From: an uncultured Alphaproteobacteria bacterium
Lineage (GTDB): Bacteria > Pseudomonadota > Alphaproteobacteria > Rhodobacterales > Rhodobacteraceae
Direction: 5' to 3'
Length of the DNA: 64,000 nt
NCBI GenBank assembly: GCA_902537235.1
Contig: CACBAO010000005.1
Span: forward strand, 19,951 to 83,950
The stretch's first letter is position 1, and the number at the start of each line of letters is the position of its first letter. A model generated the notes under the pieces. It searched no databases. It was not told the DNA's origin and was given only the letters and a program-made list of their open reading frames with translations. Below are positions 62,079-64,000 of this stretch, in pieces. The position numbers and the translations under genes are program-made.

Positions 62079-63848
62079 TTAATTGAAAAGGCTTTCAACA
62101 AAGCCTACAAGAGATTTTTGCAAACCTTCATTATTTAAATGAAACCTGTCTATTTCCATTTCCCAATCCATTTCCTTGAAATGATCTTTATTTTCAGTAA
62201 ACCAAACTTCTGAAGTATATTCTATCTCTTCATCATCACAAATTTTTGCGGTCACTAGCCATGATTTAAAGTCAACCTCTTGCAGGTTTTTTATGAGCTC
62301 CTTGCACTTGTCACTGTTTCTATCCATAAAATATCCAAATAGAACGGCTCTAATTCTATGATCTGTATTTGTTTTCCCCATTGGTATGGGATCTAATTCC
62401 AGAGCACTTTCTAAAAGTTCTATTCCCTTTTCTGTTGAACCAGTTCTAGAAAGTATTTCTCCATACACCGATAATACTCTCGGATCATTTGGAACCATCT
62501 TAAATGACGTACGAGCATGCCTTTCTCCAGCCTTGAAATCGTGGGTGCTTAAGGCAACTTCTGCCAGCATTCTATGGACTTCAAAATCATTATCATTTAG
62601 CTGTTGAGCTTTCTCTATACACTGCATGGAATTATCCCACCACTCTTTCATATCACCTTCTAAATAACCACGACCCATTCCCTGACCAATCGCGCAAGCC
62701 TTCCAGGCATATGCCTGCCCATTATTATTGTCAGCCTGAATCGCTTTATTGAATGAATCTATAGCTTCAAGGCAAGCCTCTTTCTTAAATTTATGGTGCA
62801 ACACTTTGCCTCTAAGTAATAATTCGTATGAGGTAAGATTCTCAGTTGGTTTACGATTAGCCCGCTCGAGACTTGAAATTTCAATTTCGCCCAGAAGTGC
62901 TATTGATATTTTTCTTACAATCTCATCTTGCACATCGAAAATGTCTTCTAGGATACGATCATACTTATTATTCCAAAGAGCATTACCATCGCTCGAGTCT
63001 GATAATTCTACGGAAATTCTAACTCGCTTTCCTGATGTACGAATACTACCTGAAACTGCGTAATCTACTCCAAACTTTTTGCAAAAATCTCGTATGCTGC
63101 TAGAGGCATCACGAAATTCGAAACAAGACTGTCTGGATAAGACCTCAAGTTCGCGTATTCGTGAAAACTCTGTAATTAAATCTTCAACAACACCATCAAC
63201 TAAATAACCGCTGTCTTCATCATTGTTCATATTATCAAAAGGTAAAACTGCTAATTTTGGCTTATAACTTTTAACCGCCTCTTGTGCATCCTTTTCTTTA
63301 AGTGCATCGGTCTTAGAAATTTTTTCGCCAGAGGGAGAGATTCCATATACTTGAAAGGCCTCGTCAATATTTTTTAAAGATTTTGTTCCAGCATCTTCAA
63401 TACTAAAATTTATTCTTTTATTAACCTGATCTTGTACTGCTGTTGAAAGTAATATTTGTCCTGGAGAACAGGCAGTCTCAAGTCTAGCTGCAATGTTTAC
63501 GCCGTTACCATAGACATTATCTCCTTCTATTATGACGTCATCGAGATGTATACCAACTCTCCAGTCCAGCTGAGATTCTTCAGAAAGCATATTATTTCTA
63601 TCATTAATAGCTTTTTGAAAACCTATTGCTGCGTTCACACATTCAACAGGACTTTCAAACTCCGCTATTACTGAGTCACCTGCTGTATAAAAAATTCTTC
63701 CGCCAAATTCCTTTATCTGTGGATCTATTATAGATCTGCAGGCTTTTAGGTTTTCAAGTGTTAGTTCTTCATTTTCATCCATTCTTTTGCTAAAGCCGAC
63801 ACAATCGGTAGCAAGAATTGTTGTTAATTTACGTTTAACTTTTGACAT
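62079..63848 (-). CDS. class III adenylate/guanylate cyclase with TolB-N-like and TPR domains
   Basis: The N-terminal cyclase shows ILATDCVGFSKRM, FYTAGDSVIAEF and a canonical GNGVNIAARLE. The middle region is KPKLAVLPFDNMNNDEDSGYL, and the C-terminal part has TPR-like repeats. Confidence 0.85.
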   Translation of the reverse strand: MSKVKRKLTTILATDCVGFSKRMDENEELTLENLKACRSIIDPQIKEFGGRIFYTAGDSVIAEFESPVECVNAAIGFQKAINDRNNMLSEESQLDWRVGIHLDDVIIEGDNVYGNGVNIAARLETACSPGQILLSTAVQDQVNKRINFSIEDAGTKSLKNIDEAFQVYGISPSGEKISKTDALKEKDAQEAVKSYKPKLAVLPFDNMNNDEDSGYLVDGVVEDLITEFSRIRELEVLSRQSCFEFRDASSSIRDFCKKFGVDYAVSGSIRTSGKRVRISVELSDSSDGNALWNNKYDRILEDIFDVQDEIVRKISIALLGEIEISSLERANRKPTENLTSYELLLRGKVLHHKFKKEACLEAIDSFNKAIQADNNNGQAYAWKACAIGQGMGRGYLEGDMKEWWDNSMQCIEKAQQLNDNDFEVHRMLAEVALSTHDFKAGERHARTSFKMVPNDPRVLSVYGEILSRTGSTEKGIELLESALELDPIPMGKTNTDHRIRAVLFGYFMDRNSDKCKELIKNLQEVDFKSWLVTAKICDDEEIEYTSEVWFTENKDHFKEMDWEMEIDRFHLNNEGLQKSLVGFVESLFN

Positions 63849-64000
63849 TTTTTATTACAGAAAGCTTTGATTTTAATAGGCAACCAAATGCCCAATTCAA
63901 AATTTAGTGTAAAACGAACAAATGACCAAAAGCTATAAAAAAATTAGTTTCCATCGCTTGTTCCTTGAAAGTCAGACATGGGCGGACACGTGCAAATTAG

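Noticed and set aside
63944-64000. Minus-strand reading frame entering from the right window edge (...LICTCPPMSDFQGTSDGN, stop at 63944-63946)
   Set aside because: Only about 18 codons are visible, which is too short to call a gene or product.
1-64000. CRISPR arrays, defence systems, toxin-antitoxin pairs, IS elements and prophage remnants
   Set aside because: I saw no short direct-repeat/spacer arrays, no nuclease, helicase, methylase or integrase-like ORFs and no terminal inverted repeats. All ORFs over 60 aa outside known families are shadow ORFs.

Overview
AT-rich, very gene-dense chromosomal segment with about 55 CDS and 1 tRNA. Most intergenic gaps are under 110 bp, and several gene ends overlap. 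Gene content points to a free-living, probably marine proteobacterium, most consistent with Alphaproteobacteria (DUF1127, PAS_7-like kinase modules, non-Pyl MttB, TRAP transporter, YbfB-type MFS). This taxonomic call is an inference only. I saw no rRNA, CRISPR array, transposase, integrase, phage or recognisable defence genes. The window reads as a metabolic and signalling backbone, not a mobile island. Contents in order:
- Tail of a nitrile hydratase operon, convergent with a MeaB-like GTPase and acyl-CoA genes.
- A selenium pair: a flavoprotein-SelD fusion interlocked tail-to-tail with tRNA 2-selenouridine synthase.
- A cupin/TRAP/cyclase-fold hydrolase/OsmC cluster.
- A tightly coupled 5-gene operon (amidohydrolase, COG0523 GTPase, carboxyltransferase, MOSC, AidB-like), divergent from a peptide-type ABC importer plus a PLP enzyme.
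- An acyl-CoA ligase coupled to a tiny 3-TM protein.
- NAD-type formate dehydrogenase, tRNA-Arg, non-Pyl MttB and CspA.
- A 2068-aa cytoplasmic hybrid histidine kinase with 12 tandem PAS-like modules, followed by CheY-like REC, REC-class III cyclase and EthD.
- A second peptide-type ABC locus with M20 and M29 peptidases and a solitary CbiM-like protein.
- A short BLUF photoreceptor, thiolase/MaoC and a cyclase-TPR protein.
Best candidates for follow-up:
- The flavoprotein-SelD fusion with SelU.
- The 12-PAS kinase and its atypical cyclase output.
- The uncharacterised COG0523-centred 5-gene operon.
- A clear gene-conversion tract (420 nt perfectly identical) between the two ABC ATPase genes, 26.8 kb apart.
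All calls rest on reading the translations and motifs. No database search was run.
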